NCBI GenBank assembly: GCA_030324005.1
Contig: JARDVH010000073.1
Location: 80,355,327-80,419,326, forward strand
Direction: 5' to 3'
Source of the DNA: Negaprion brevirostris
Lineage: Eukaryota
Length of the DNA: 64,000 nucleotides
Made by a program: the position numbers and the translations under genes. The notes beneath the pieces are model-generated. The model was given only the letters and a program-made list of their open reading frames with translations. It was not told the DNA's origin and did not search any database. Shown here piece by piece: positions 49,625 through 61,486 of this stretch. Every line of letters starts with the position of its first letter. The stretch's first letter is position 1.

Positions 49625-51997
49625 ATGCCACCTTTACTACCTACTGCAGGAGTTCACCTCTCTTATCCTGACAGCTGTTTACATCCTACCCCATGCTGAC
49701 GTGAAGATAGTGCTAGATGAAATATACACCACTATGAGTAGCCTTGAGATGAAACATCCTGGGGCCTTGTTCATCGTGACCAGGGACTTCAATCAGGGCC
49801 AAGCTCAAGAGTGTACTACCAGGTTACCACCAACACGTCTCCTGTTCCAACAGAGGCTCAAACATCCTAGACTACTGCTACACAAAGATCAAACATGCCT
49901 ACTGCTCTATTGCTCGCCCATACTTCAGCGAATCAGACCACAAGGCTATGCTCCTGCTCCCAGCTTACAAGCAAAAACCGAAGGAGAATCCGTCAAAGAA
50001 AGTGGTGCAATGTTGGTCTGAGGAAACGGATGATCTCCGGGACTCCTTGGAGTCAATGGACAGGTCAGTATCTGTGACCAGCCTGAACTAGTATGCCATT
50101 ACAGTAACTAACTTCATTAGTAAGCGTGTGGAAGACTGTGTGCCAAAGAAGCAAATCCATGTGTTCTCCAGTCGGAAACCATGGATGAACGGGGATATCC
50201 AGGCCTGAGACTTTCAAGTCAAGTGACACTGACCTATACCAGAAAGCCAGATACGAATTAAAGAGATCCATCAAAGATGCCAAAAGACAGTACCGGACCA
50301 AACTAGAGTCCCAGGATAGCCACACCGACCCCCACCGACTGCAACACATAACAGGCTACAAGATGAAGGCATGTAAAATTGCTGGCTCCAACACACATCT
50401 CCCTGATGAGCTCAATGCATTCTATGCCCTTTTTGAGCAAGAGGTCAGCAAGAGCATGCCCTCCACCCTGGAAGCCCTGGATGAATCTGTATCTGGGGTC
50501 ACCGATGCAGATGTCACAGCAGCTTTCTCGAAGGTCACCCCATGAANNNNNNNNNNNNNNNNNNNNNNNNNNNNNNNNNNNNNNNNNNNNNNNNNNNNNN
50601 NNNNNNNNNNNNNNNNNNNNNNNNNNNNNNNNNNNNNNNNNNNNNNNNNNNNNNNNNNNNNNNNNNNNNNNNNNNNNNNNNNNNNNNNNNNNNNNNNNNN
50701 NNNGTGTGCCTTAATGACATCGGCGGGTGGCTCTGACATCCATTATTATGAAGTCCTTCGACAGGCTAGTCATTGGCATGAATCAATTCGAGCCTCCCAG
50801 ACTACCTGGATCCACTACAGTTTGCCTACCACCACAACTGGTCCACAGCAGATGCCATCTCCCTGGCCCTGCATTCAAATCTGGAACACTTAGATAACAA
50901 GGATATCTATGTCAGACTCCTGTTCATTGACTACAGCTTAGTCTTCAACACCATTATTCTCATGCAACTCATCTCCAAACTCCATGGCCTGAGCCTCGGC
51001 ACCTCCCTCTGTTATTGGATCCTGAACTTCCTAACTCACAGACCAGAATCAGTAAGGATAGGCAACAACACCCCCTCCACGATCATCCTCAACACTGATG
51101 CCCCACAAGGCTGTGTTCTCAGCCCCCTACTGTACCTCCTTATGCACCTATGACTATGTGGCCAAATTCCCCTCCAATTCGATTTTCAAGTTTGCTGACA
51201 ACACCCCTGTAGTGGGTTGGATATCAAATAATGACGAAGCAGAGTACAGGAATGAGATAAAGAATCTGGTGGACTGGTGTGGTAACAATANNNNNNNNNN
51301 NNNNNNNNNNNNNNNNNNNNNNNNNNNNNNNNNNNNNNNNNNNNNNNNNNNNNNNNNNNNNNNNNNNNNNNNNNNNNNNNNNNNNNNNNNNNNNNNNNNN
51401 NNNNNNNNNNNNNNNNNNNNNNNNNNNNNNNNNNNNNNNNNNNNNNNNNNNNNNNNNNNNNNNNNNNNNNNNNNNNNNNNNNNNNNNNNNNNNNNNNNNN
51501 NNNNNNNNNNNNNNNNNNNNNNNNNNNNNNNNNNNNNNNNNNNNNNNNNNNNNNNNNNNNNNNNNNNNNNNNNGCACCTCCTTCTGTTATTGGATCCTGA
51601 ACTTCCTAACTCACAGACCAAAATCAGTAAGGATAGGCAACAACACCCCCTCCACGATCATTCTGAACACCGATGCCCCACAAGGCTGTGTTCTCAGCAT
51701 AATTAGAGACCCCATGCACCTCGGACATTCTCTCTTCCACCTTCTTCATTCAGGAGAAAGTTACAAAAGTCTAAGGTCATGTACCAACCGACTCAACAAC
51801 AGCTTCTTCCCTGCTGCTGTCAGACTCTTGAATGGACTTACCTTGCGTTAAGTTGATCTTTCTCTGCACCCTAGCTATGACTGTAACACTACAGTCTGCA
51901 CACTCTCCTTTCCTTCTCTATGAACGGTATGCTTTGTTTGCATAGTGCACAAAAAACAATACTTTTCACTGTACATGTGACAATAATAAATCAAATG
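49625..51997 (+). mobile_element. Long Rex1/Babar LINE (endonuclease plus RT), degenerate and gapped
   Basis: AVYILPHAD...[44 protein letters not shown] and KFADNT. Tail aataataaatcaaat. Confidence 0.92.
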
Positions 51998-52865
51998 TAA
52001 TGGTTCTTCATTCTGCTGCAGTACCTACTCCCTACTCTAGTACCTGATAGTGGTCATTTGCTCGATGCCCACTGGTTGCTTTGCTAAAATTAAAAGGAAG
52101 GAGAACTCAGGAGCTGATATTAATGGAGGTGTTAGGATTCAAAAAGTAGCATAACGGTCCTACATATGAATGCTCGTAGCATTCGAAACAAGGTAAGTGA
52201 GTTGACAGCACAAATCATCGCGAATGAGTATGATTTGGTGGCCATTACAGAGACATGATTACAGGATGGTTACAACTGAGAGTTAACTATCCAGGGGTAT
52301 CAGACTGTTCGGAAGGACAGACAGGAACGTAAGGGAGGTGGTGTGACTCTGATATTTAAGGATGACAACAGGGCGCTAGTAAGAAATGATATAGGTTCAA
52401 TGGGAAAAAAAAGGCTGAATTCACTTAGATGGAAATTAGAAATAAGAGAAAAAGTCACTGATAGGAGTAGCCTGTCAGCCACCAAATAACATCATGGTGG
52501 GATGAAAAATAAAGAAATAACTGATGCATGTGAAAATGGTGCAGCAATTATCATGGGGGATTTTAATCTACATGTCGATTGGTCAAACCAGGTCAGTCAA
52601 GGTAGCCTCGAGGAGGAGCTCATAGAATGCATCTGCGATAGTTTCCTTGAACAGTATGTAATGGAACCTACGAGGAGCAAGCTACCCTAGATCTGGTCCT
52701 GCGTAATGAGACAGGGATAATTAATGATCTTATAGTTAGGGATCCTCTCGGAAGAAGTGAACACAGTATGGCTGAATTTAAAATACAGATGAAGTGTGAG
52801 AAGGTAAAACCCAATACCAGTGTCTTGTGCTTAAACAAAGGAGACTACAATGGGATGAGGGAGGA

Positions 52866-53260
52866 TTTGTTTTGATTTATTATTGTCACATGTATTAACA
52901 TACAGTGAAATGTATTGTTTCTTGCGTGCTATACAGACAAAGCATACCGTTTATAGAGAAGGAAAGGAGAGAGTGCAGAACATAGTGTTACAGTCATAGC
53001 TAGGGTGGAGAGAAAGATCAGTTTAATGCAAGGTAAGTCCATTGAAAACTCTAATAGCAGTAGGGAAGAAGCTGTCGTTGAGTTAGTTGGTACGTGACCT
53101 CTGACATTTGTATCTTTTTCCCTATGAAAGAAAGTGGAAAAGAGAATGTCCAGAGTGCGTGAGGTCCTTAATTATGCAGGCTGCTTTGCCGAGGCAGCGG
53201 GATGGATGGGAGATTTGTTTGCGTGATGGATTGGGCTACATTCACAATCTGTTGTAATTT
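52866..53260 (-). mobile_element. Rex1/Babar 3' fragment nested in CR1
   Basis: Reverse complement of about 15330-15740. It interrupts the CR1 sequence gggatgagggagga|ggagttggctaagg. Confidence 0.88.
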
Positions 53261-54176
53261 TGGAGTTGGCTAAGGTAGACTGGGAGCAAAAATTTTATGG
53301 TGGGACAATCCAGGAACAGTGGAGGACTTTCAAAGTGATTTTTCACAGTGCTCAGCAAAATTTATACCCTTGATAATGAACTGTAGAAAAAGAGATCATC
53401 AGCCCTGGATATCTCAGGAAATAAAAGAGGGTATCAAATTGAAAGAAAATGCATATAAAGTGGCAAAGCTTAGTGGGAAACTAGAGGATTGGGAAATCTT
53501 TAAAGGTCAACATAAAAGTACGAAAAAAGTTAGAAAGTAAAGTAAGCTGGATAATGAGAATGAACTAGCTTAGAATATAAAAACAAATAGCAAAACTTTC
53601 TACAAGTATATAAAATGAAAAAGAGTGGCTAAAGTAAACATTGGTCCTTAGAGGATGAGAGGGGGATGTCATAACTGGAAATGAGGAAATGGCTAACGCA
53701 TTGATTAGGTATTTTGTGTCAGTCTTCACAGTGGAAGACACAAATAACATGCCAAAAATTGATGACAAGGAGCCAATGCTGGTGAGGACCTGGAAACTAT
53801 CACAAAAGAGATAGTGTTGGGCAAACTAATGGGGCTAAAGGTAGACATGTCTCCTGTCCTGATGGAATGCATCCCAGGATACTAAAAGAAATGGTAGGGA
53901 AATAGCAAATGCACTAGTGGTAACTTACCAAAATTCACTGGACTCTGGAGTGGTTCCCACTGATTGGAAACAGCAAATGTGATGCCAATGTTTAAAAAAG
54001 AAGATAGACAAAAGGGGGTAACCACAGGTCAGTTAGCTTAACTTCTGTAGTAGGGAAAATGTTTGAATCTGTCATCAAGGAAGAAATAGCAAGTCATCTG
54101 TATATAAATTGTCCCATTGGGAAGACTCAGCATGGGTTCATATTTGACTAATTTGGTGGAATTATTTGACAACATA

Positions 54177-54483
54177 AGGGTGGAACAGTTGTTANNNNNN
54201 NNNNNNNNNNNNNNNNNNNNNNNNNNNNNNNNNNNNNNNNNNNNNNNNNNNNNNNNNNNNNNNNNNNNNNNNNNNNNNNNNNNNNNNNNNNNNNNNNNNN
54301 NNNNNNNNNNNNNNNNNNNNNNNNNNNNNNNNNNNNNNNNNNNNNNNNNNNNNNCCCTAGTGTCAGGGGGGATTAGAAGGGTAAATAAGTGGGGTTTTGG
54401 GAATAGGGCCTGGGTGGGATTGTGATCAGTGCAGACTTGATGGGCCTAATGGCCTCCTGTAAACTGTAGGGATTCTATGATTA
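54177..54483 (+). mobile_element. HE1-type V-SINE nested in CR1, mostly gap
   Basis: Head agggtggaacagttgtta and tail gcagacttgatgggcctaatggcctcctgtaaactgtagggattctatga. Confidence 0.8.
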
Positions 54484-56017
54484 TGTGCATGGTGGACAGT
54501 GGAGGACCTGTGGATGTGGTGTATCTGGATTTTCAGAAATCATTTGACAAGGTGCCGCACCAAAGGCTACTGCTTAAGATAAAGCTGTACGGCGTTTCAA
54601 GCAATGTATTAGCATGGATAGAGGATTGGTTAACTAACAGAAAGCAAAGAGTAAATGAGTAGTTTTCTGATTGGCGATCAGTGACTAGTGGTGTGTCGCA
54701 GGGATCAGTGTTGGGTTGCAATTGTTTATAGTTTACATCTGATTTTGAGTTGGGGACCAAGTGCAGTGTGTCAAAATTCGCATTTGACACTAAGATGAGT
54801 GGCAGAGCGAAGTGTGCAGAGGACACAAAGTCAACAAAGGGCTCTAGATAGTTCAAGTGAGTGGGCCAAGGCCTGGCAGATGGAATATAGTGTTGGTAAA
54901 TGTGAGGTCATTCATTTTGATAGGAATTACAGCAAAATGGACTATTATTTAAATGGTAAAAAATTGCAGCAAGCTTCTGTACAGAGGGACCTGGATGTCC
55001 TTGTGCATGGATCACAAGTTGGTTTGCAGGTGCCACAGGTAGTTAAGAAGGCAAACAGAATTTTGTCCTTCATTGCTAGAAGGATGGAGTTTAGAAACAG
55101 CGAGGTTATGTACTGCAGGTAAGGTGCTGGTGAGGCCACACCTTGAGTACTGTGTACAGTTTTGATTTCCTTACTTGGGAAAGGATATACTGGCACTGGA
55201 GGGGATGCAGAGGAGATTCACTAGTTTGATTCTGGAGTTGAGGGGGTTGGCTTATGAGGAGAGACTGAGTAGACTGAGACTATACTCACTGAACTTCAGA
55301 AGGATGAGAGGAGATCTTATAGAAACATACACGACTGTGAAGGGAATAGATAANNNNNNNNNNGATTTGGGACTGAGTTGAGGAGGAACTTCTTTACCCA
55401 TAGGGTTGTGAATCTGTGGAATTCCCTGCCAACTGAAGCAGTTGAGGCTACCTCATTTAATGTTTTAAAGGCAAGGATAGATAAATTTTTGAACAGTAAA
55501 GGAACTAAAGGTTATGGTGAGCAGGCGAGTAAGTGGAGCTGAGTCCACGAGAAGATCAGCTATGATCTTATTGAATGGCAGAGCAGGCTTGAGGGGCCAG
55601 ATGGCCTACTCCAGCTCTTTATTCTTATGTTCTTATGTTTGCTCTATTGCTGGCAAAAACTATTCCTATAACTGCCACTTAGGCCTCAATGCATGCACAA
55701 ATAGTAGAAGATTTGTTTTGTCACCACATCTTAACTTTCCTCTCAGGACCTGTGAATGTCAAGTCATTATCAGAGCCATGAAATTCACCTGCTTTATAAT
55801 GTAGTGTTATCACTATGGGTACGTTATTAATGTAAAACTATCTTGATGTTCCTGTGGGTTTTAGTCTCCTCCTAAAGGCAATTTCAATGTACTTCATACT
55901 GAGTCAAGTGCAATCCAATAAGCTTTTAGATAATTAAAAGTGTGGTTCGTAAGTCATTTAATGTCATATTTCTTTCCTAACTTTTTTGTTATTTAACAGT
56001 TTTTATTCTCTTTTCAG

Positions 56018-56975
56018 GAGTAAGTCAGCCGAACTGACTTTTGAAGATCTTTATCAGACGAAACAGAAAAAGTGCCAAAATGACTCTGTTGAGTTGCTTC
56101 TACTAAACACTAAGGAGAGGCTGGTAACTGAAATAGAGGAGCGTAGGGCTCCACTCGCCACCATGGAAAGTCTTTCTGACAACGAGTCCATCTACAGCTT
56201 CGATTCACGCCGCTCCTCTGGATTTCGCAGCATAAGGGGCTCTCCAAGTCTGCATGTTGTACTGGAGAAAGATGAGTCCCATTGTTTTTACATTGATCCA
56301 GCAATTCCAGAAGAGAATCCTTCCCTTAGTTCCCGGACTGAGCTACTTGCTGCAGACAGTTTATCTAAGCATTCTCAGGAGGTGCAACCGCTTGAACCAT
56401 TGCATAACAGCTGTTATTCTCTGCCTAGCCCCCTTCAAGCAGACCTTGTTGAGCAAGAGAACAAACGAGCCACGGAGGTGGAAGCTGATAGTTTTTCAGA
56501 TAAGTTGCCAATGGATGATGACAGTAAAGAATGGACAGAAAGCCTACGAGAAGTGCCAAGTCCACAAGTGCTTGAATTTGCTGAGTTTATAGACAGTCTT
56601 TTCAATTTGGATGGAAAAAGCAGCTCCTTCCAAGATATTTATCATTTGGTACTTGATGATAGTTTAGAAGAATATAATGAAATTCCCAAGTCAGTGAGTG
56701 AGCATGAGATCCTGATGCGGGCGCAGTTTGAACCTAATTTAGTGCCAAAACCACCCCGTCTTTTTGTTGGATCGGCGGATGCTGGGACCTCATCTGGGAT
56801 TTCGGTGTCTCCGTCCTTTCCATTCAGTTCATCAGGTGAGCTGATGGACATTACTCCAACCTGCTTAAGCAGCCAGGAGTGCCTGACTCTGGACACAAAG
56901 TTGAGAACTTCAACTCCAGCAGATCACCAACCTAATTCAAATAAACCTGCAGAAGTTATCATCTCAGCTATTTAG
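56018..56975 (+). CDS. DAGLA: DAGLA terminal coding exon (alpha-specific cytosolic tail)
   Basis: Acceptor ttctcttttcAG at 56016-56017, phase 2, compatible with the previous exon. ORF 55986..56975 contains the DAGLA blocks RRAPLATMESLSD, YSFDSRRSSGFRSIRGSPSL, FYIDPAIPEENPSLSSRTELLAADSLSKHSQ, PSPQVLEFAEFIDSLFNLD and RAQFEPNLVPKPPRLF. Stop TAG at 56973-56975. Confidence 0.97.
56751..56765 (+). other. DAGLA: Homer EVH1-binding PPxxF motif (PPRLF) in the DAGLA tail
   Basis: ccaccccgtcttttt encodes PPRLF, the known Homer ligand of mammalian DAGL-alpha. Confidence 0.85.
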
Positions 56976-57520
56976 AAACCCCTGTAAAGTACTAATTGAG
57001 CATATTAGCATGCTGACTTTGAAGTGTCTTTTCTTTAAAGAGCAGGATTATGAAACTTAGACAATGAGTGCAAACCATTTGAGCCCACAATGGTATAATA
57101 ATAGAACAGACACAGTATAAAGACCATGATAGAATAGGAAATCTTGATGTGTCCAGCTGTTGTCACATTGAAAGGGACCACAGTTAACCTGCATTGAAAT
57201 TATGCAGTCTATTATTAATCTTCCAATCTATGTGTGATTAAGATCACTAGCATTTGGTTAGCAATTGATGACCATGAGAGGGAGAGTATTCATTTTGCTT
57301 AAGACTGTGGTTTTATTTTTGAGATTGACGGGTTTTTTTTTGTAATGGAGTTTCAAAGCAGACTTGTGCCACCCCAAAGCTTGCTACAATCTGGTTTGAT
57401 TATGGATCCAACCCAGTATTGATGGTAACTCTGCAAAAAACTTGGTCCATTAGTGATGTGTGGCATTGGTACAAATCTCACCAGTACCAGAAACACCGAG
57501 ATTATGGCACAGGATCACTT

Positions 57521-57526
57521 AATAAA
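57521..57526 (+). terminator. Candidate DAGLA polyadenylation signal
   Basis: First AATAAA I found after the stop, about 550 nt downstream, in non-repetitive sequence before the Harbinger insertion. Other candidates lie near 59512 and 61074. No transcript evidence. Confidence 0.3.
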
Positions 57527-58572
57527 AGGACATTTCAGCCCTATCCTCTCCATCACCAATTATATTGATTATGTTGGTGATAAGTGGAAAACTGAATGCT
57601 AGAAATCTGTACTAAAATCAGGACATGTGTGGCTGTTCATTACGAATCTAAAAGAGGAAAGTAAAGTTAATGAGCTGGATTTTCATTCTGCAGTGGAAGT
57701 ACTATTCTGAGCTGGACCACCCAGCAAATTCAAGTGACAAACCTGTTCCCAAAATGGTTCCACCTCCCAGTGGTTCTGTTGGAAGCATTTTCTGAGGGGT
57801 TGTGGCAACTTGCCTGAAAGTGGAAGGGAATTAACTGAAGCAGTTAACAAGCTACTTGAGAGCTTGTTGCAGGGCTGACTGAGATTTTGAAGGTGATGCT
57901 TGGGAAATATGCTGGCTCAACAACATCTACATCAAAGTGCACAGCAGGACATCAAGTCAGAGAAGCTTGAACCATTCTGATGTATAATTGATAGAAGGAG
58001 CAGAGGGGAGGAAGTTCTTGCATTTGTACACAATGAGCTATTCCATGAGCAGAGCTTGCTGTATGTTTCGTGTGGAGATGCTGAGATGATCATGAGGAAG
58101 TGCAGGGTTAAGTGGGGTAAGCACAAGGGTCCAGGCAACCATTGGTGTGGAATCTCACAATTTATAGTTCATCCATCAACTATTTAAGTTGAAGGTTTAA
58201 GTTTATTTATTCATGTCACAAGTAGGTTTACTTGCATATTCAGAAAAACACAATGTGTTTTATTGTCATGGCACCATCCACATGCAGCCATTCCTAAGGA
58301 GTGCTCCTCTCTGTGGCTGAGGTAGAAGTCGAGGCAAGCGACTTGCTTTCCTCTGCATGCAGTGAGATGTTCATGGTGCTCAGTCTCACTGTCCTTGAGC
58401 ACTGTCCCAACTGCCCCACCTGCAATGATTCAGAGGCAGCCTTGGTCTTAGCAGTTGATAGTGTAGATAGTGACTGAGAGGGGTCATGGGAGTGGGCAGT
58501 GATGAAGATGGCCATGAGGGATGGCCCCTTAATATCACCCTCGGTTGCCTGAGCCCTTTGCGGACACATGAA

Positions 58573-58919
58573 CATAGATCATTGAATCCCACAGTGCAGA
58601 AGGAGGCCATTCAGCTCATTGTGTCTGCATCAACTCTCTAACAGGTCATCGTACCCAGAACATCCCTGTAATCCCACATGTTTATCTTGCTAATTCCCCA
58701 AATTTATAGGTCTTGAGACATTAAGTGAAAATTTAGCATGGCCATTCCACCTAACCCACACATCTTTGGAGTGTGGGAGGAAACTGGAGCACCAGGAGGA
58801 AAACCACGCAGACACGGAGAGAACATGTAAACTCCACACAGTCACCCAATGCTGGAATTGATCCCTGGCCCCTGGCACTTTGAGGCAGCAGTGTTAATCT
58901 CTGTGCCACCGTGCCACCC
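58573..58919 (-). mobile_element. HE1-type V-SINE nested in the Harbinger element
   Basis: Complete reverse-complement SINE ending gtgccaccgtgccaccc. Confidence 0.9.
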
Positions 58920-60017
58920 ATCAGAGGGAACCAGCAATTGTCAGGCAGCTGGTTACATGCCCAAGCATCTTTACAGCATAAGTGCATCAGACCTGTCAGT
59001 GCTACAGAATGTGGCATGCATTCTGTGCAGGCAGGACAATGTTCCTATATCCACTCCGTGTTGCTGCATATTGGCACTCTGTGAGGTGGAAAAACTCATG
59101 TAGTCAAATGCCTAAAACACCTCATGACTGAAGTCTTCCATTCTCTACCCAAGACTGTGCATTGCATCAGGGAACTCTTGACATTTGGCTGCATTCTCAC
59201 CTTGCTGTTCCAGAAAAACTCACCTATATCAAACCCAGAGTTCTGCATCTCTGTCCAACTAAGCATGGCTGTGTCTGTTTTCCATTCTCCAGAAGAGGCT
59301 GTCCAGAGCTGCCGCTGCCTTCCAACCTCCTGCTCACATGAAGTGCTGTTTTTGTGTGTCACCCATGATGCCTCACCAAGGAATTTCTGCACTGGTGGGG
59401 GATGTGTTTGTTTGCTGTGGTGGTGGTGCCAAATTTGCAGCTTCTTTAGAAGTTACTGCTGATGGCACAAGTGTATACTGAAGTTGCTCCCCAACACCTA
59501 GCCCTGTGAGCAATAAATGATTTTGGTTAGGAAAGCTCTCTTCTGTTGGTAGCAGTTTCTAAAGAGCTGCATCTACCCATGACGGCTGACATATTGGCAT
59601 GCGGTCAACAAATGAGGACGGAACCCCACCTTCCATTGTATGGAAGTATTATGATCCTTTCATATTGAACTGGGTGGACACCTATCTTGCCCTCCCCAAC
59701 TTTCTACTGAGCTGCCAACCTGGAACCATCTTTGTGGTTGTCAGTATATGCGTCACTCCATCACTGCAATGACCCTTTTCTTACACTTTGTGTGCTTTTT
59801 TTTTCCTGCAAAGTCAAGAGCAAGAATGTTAAGATCATGGTGCCTTCCATCACCACATCCAGCAGCTCGTTAACATGTGACGCCCAAGGTTCCAGTGTCA
59901 TCTTATCCATAAGTTATTGTGGTGTGAATGTTGTCCATGGTTCAGGAAGGTACAAGAGCACGTACATCCACACTTTTCCTGAGCAATATGTGCCCTCGGG
60001 CTACTCTGCTTAGAGAT

Positions 60018-60130
60018 ACAAATGCAAAATATTGCAGATGCTGGAAATCTGAAATGAAAATAGCAGGTCAAGGTTTGCTGAGAAAGAATATCAATCTGAA
60101 ACATTAAATCTGTTTCCCTCCACACCTGCT
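60018..60130 (+). mobile_element. Internally deleted hammerhead-motif element
   Basis: Left arm gcaaaatattgcagatgctggaaatctgaaatgaaaa, then CTGAGAA-agaatatcaatct-GAAA-cattaaatct at 60078. Confidence 0.55.
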
Positions 60131-61229
60131 CATGGATGTTCTGCTGACACCAGAATTGAAGACGTGCACTTCACCCATCTCCTGCTGAGCACATTGCAGC
60201 TACTCACCTCCTGAATCACCTCCATCCATGCCTTCCTTGTCTGACTGGCTGATTTCCTCCTGTCAATCTCCAGAAACAATCTCCTCCCAATTGCTACCAC
60301 TTCTAATGGACGTCAAGGCAAGCATTAACAAATTGTGGGACTGACCTTCAACGGGTGTACCACGTGCTGACACTCCATTGCATTCCAACCTCTGCCATTC
60401 CCCAGGATACCAGCATCCAAATTCATGGCTGCTGGGTGCCTTTGAAATCAGGCCTGCCAAGTCTATATCCCACCTCTTTCATGTGTCCCCCAATCCCTTT
60501 GGACAGAGAATGTGTCACTGGGACACTAATTAGCTGCTTCCTTCAAAATAGCATTGGATTTCCAGCACCAACATGGGGCATGGTCCAGCCTCTGACATCA
60601 GAGTCCCAACCCAGAATGAAAATTCAGCCCAATATTTTAGATGGAATCCTCGCAACAATCAATTTCATAATTTTTGAATTAAGGGACTACACTTAAATTA
60701 TTGAAGTATTTTCTCATTCAAATGTTGATGGACTTGTTGGTTATTTCTAACATTTTCTGTCTTTATTTACAATTATTTTCTTCAAATGCACCATACAGCA
60801 CCACTGCTTCAGGTGTAAATGGAAAATGTTAGAGATAAATTGTGCATAATGTTTTATCAGTTGAAGACAGCCATGTTACATGTTTTAATGCTTATTGCAC
60901 TATATAAGCTACTAACACCTGGCATTGCTGTGCTGTTTTAAGTAGTAGCATTGCTGCCTGAGCAGAATATTTCTGTACTCTGCTGGCTAGTTCATTCAGT
61001 AACAATGGACAATGCTAAAACAGAGAACAAATTACTTTCAATCACCAGATCCAGTACTTATAAAAGTTACCAGAATAAATGCTGATGGATATCCCAGGGA
61101 ACTGAGAAAAGAAACTGAATCCTGAAATGTTGCAACATTGGGCTGTGTGTGAGCTTTGCTCACAAAATTGTTGTTGGTGACTTGAATGATGGCATTAGAA
61201 TTTGAGTATTGTACGTTAAACTGCAGACA

Positions 61230-61486
61230 GGGCGGCACGGTAGCACAGTGGTTAGCACTGCTGCTTCACAGCTCTAGGGACCTGAGTTCGATTCCCAGCT
61301 TNNNNNNNNNNNNNNNNNNNNNNNNNNNNNNNNNNNNNNNNNNNNNNNNNNNNNNNNNNNNNNNNNNNNNNNNNNNNNNNNNNNNNNNNNNNNNNNNNNN
61401 NGGGTAGGGCCTGGGTGGGATTGTGTTCAGTGCAGACTCGATGGGCCGAAGGGCCTCTTTCTGCGCTGTAGGGTTCTATGATTCTA
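61230..61486 (+). mobile_element. Young HE1-type V-SINE, gapped
   Basis: gggcggcacggtagcacagtggttagcactgctgcttcacagc head with CpGs intact and a consensus tail. Confidence 0.92.

Larger units (their letters stand above)
52090..55640 (+). mobile_element. CR1 LINE with nearly complete ORF2 remnant, carrying two nested insertions
   Basis: YMNARSIRNKVSEL, IIMGDFNLHVDW, VDVVYLDFQKSFDKVPHQRLL and YEERLSRLRLYSL. Tail tcttatgttcttatgtt. Confidence 0.93.
57672..60630. mobile_element. About 2.96-kb PIF/Harbinger-type element downstream of the DAGLA stop
   Basis: 19-bp TIRs gagctggattttcattctg (57672-57690) and cagaatgaaaattcagccc (60612-60630), 17/19 match. AAT TSD at 57669-57671 and 60631-60633. Confidence 0.8.

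Noticed and set aside
50998-51700. Repeat of about 125 bp of Rex1 RT on both sides of a gap
   Set aside because: Adjacent to a gap within a high-copy repeat, so it cannot be told apart from mis-scaffolding.
55986-56017. ORF-track start (MLFNSFYSLFR) as a separate gene start
   Set aside because: It is the polypyrimidine tract of the last DAGLA intron and begins at TTG, not ATG.
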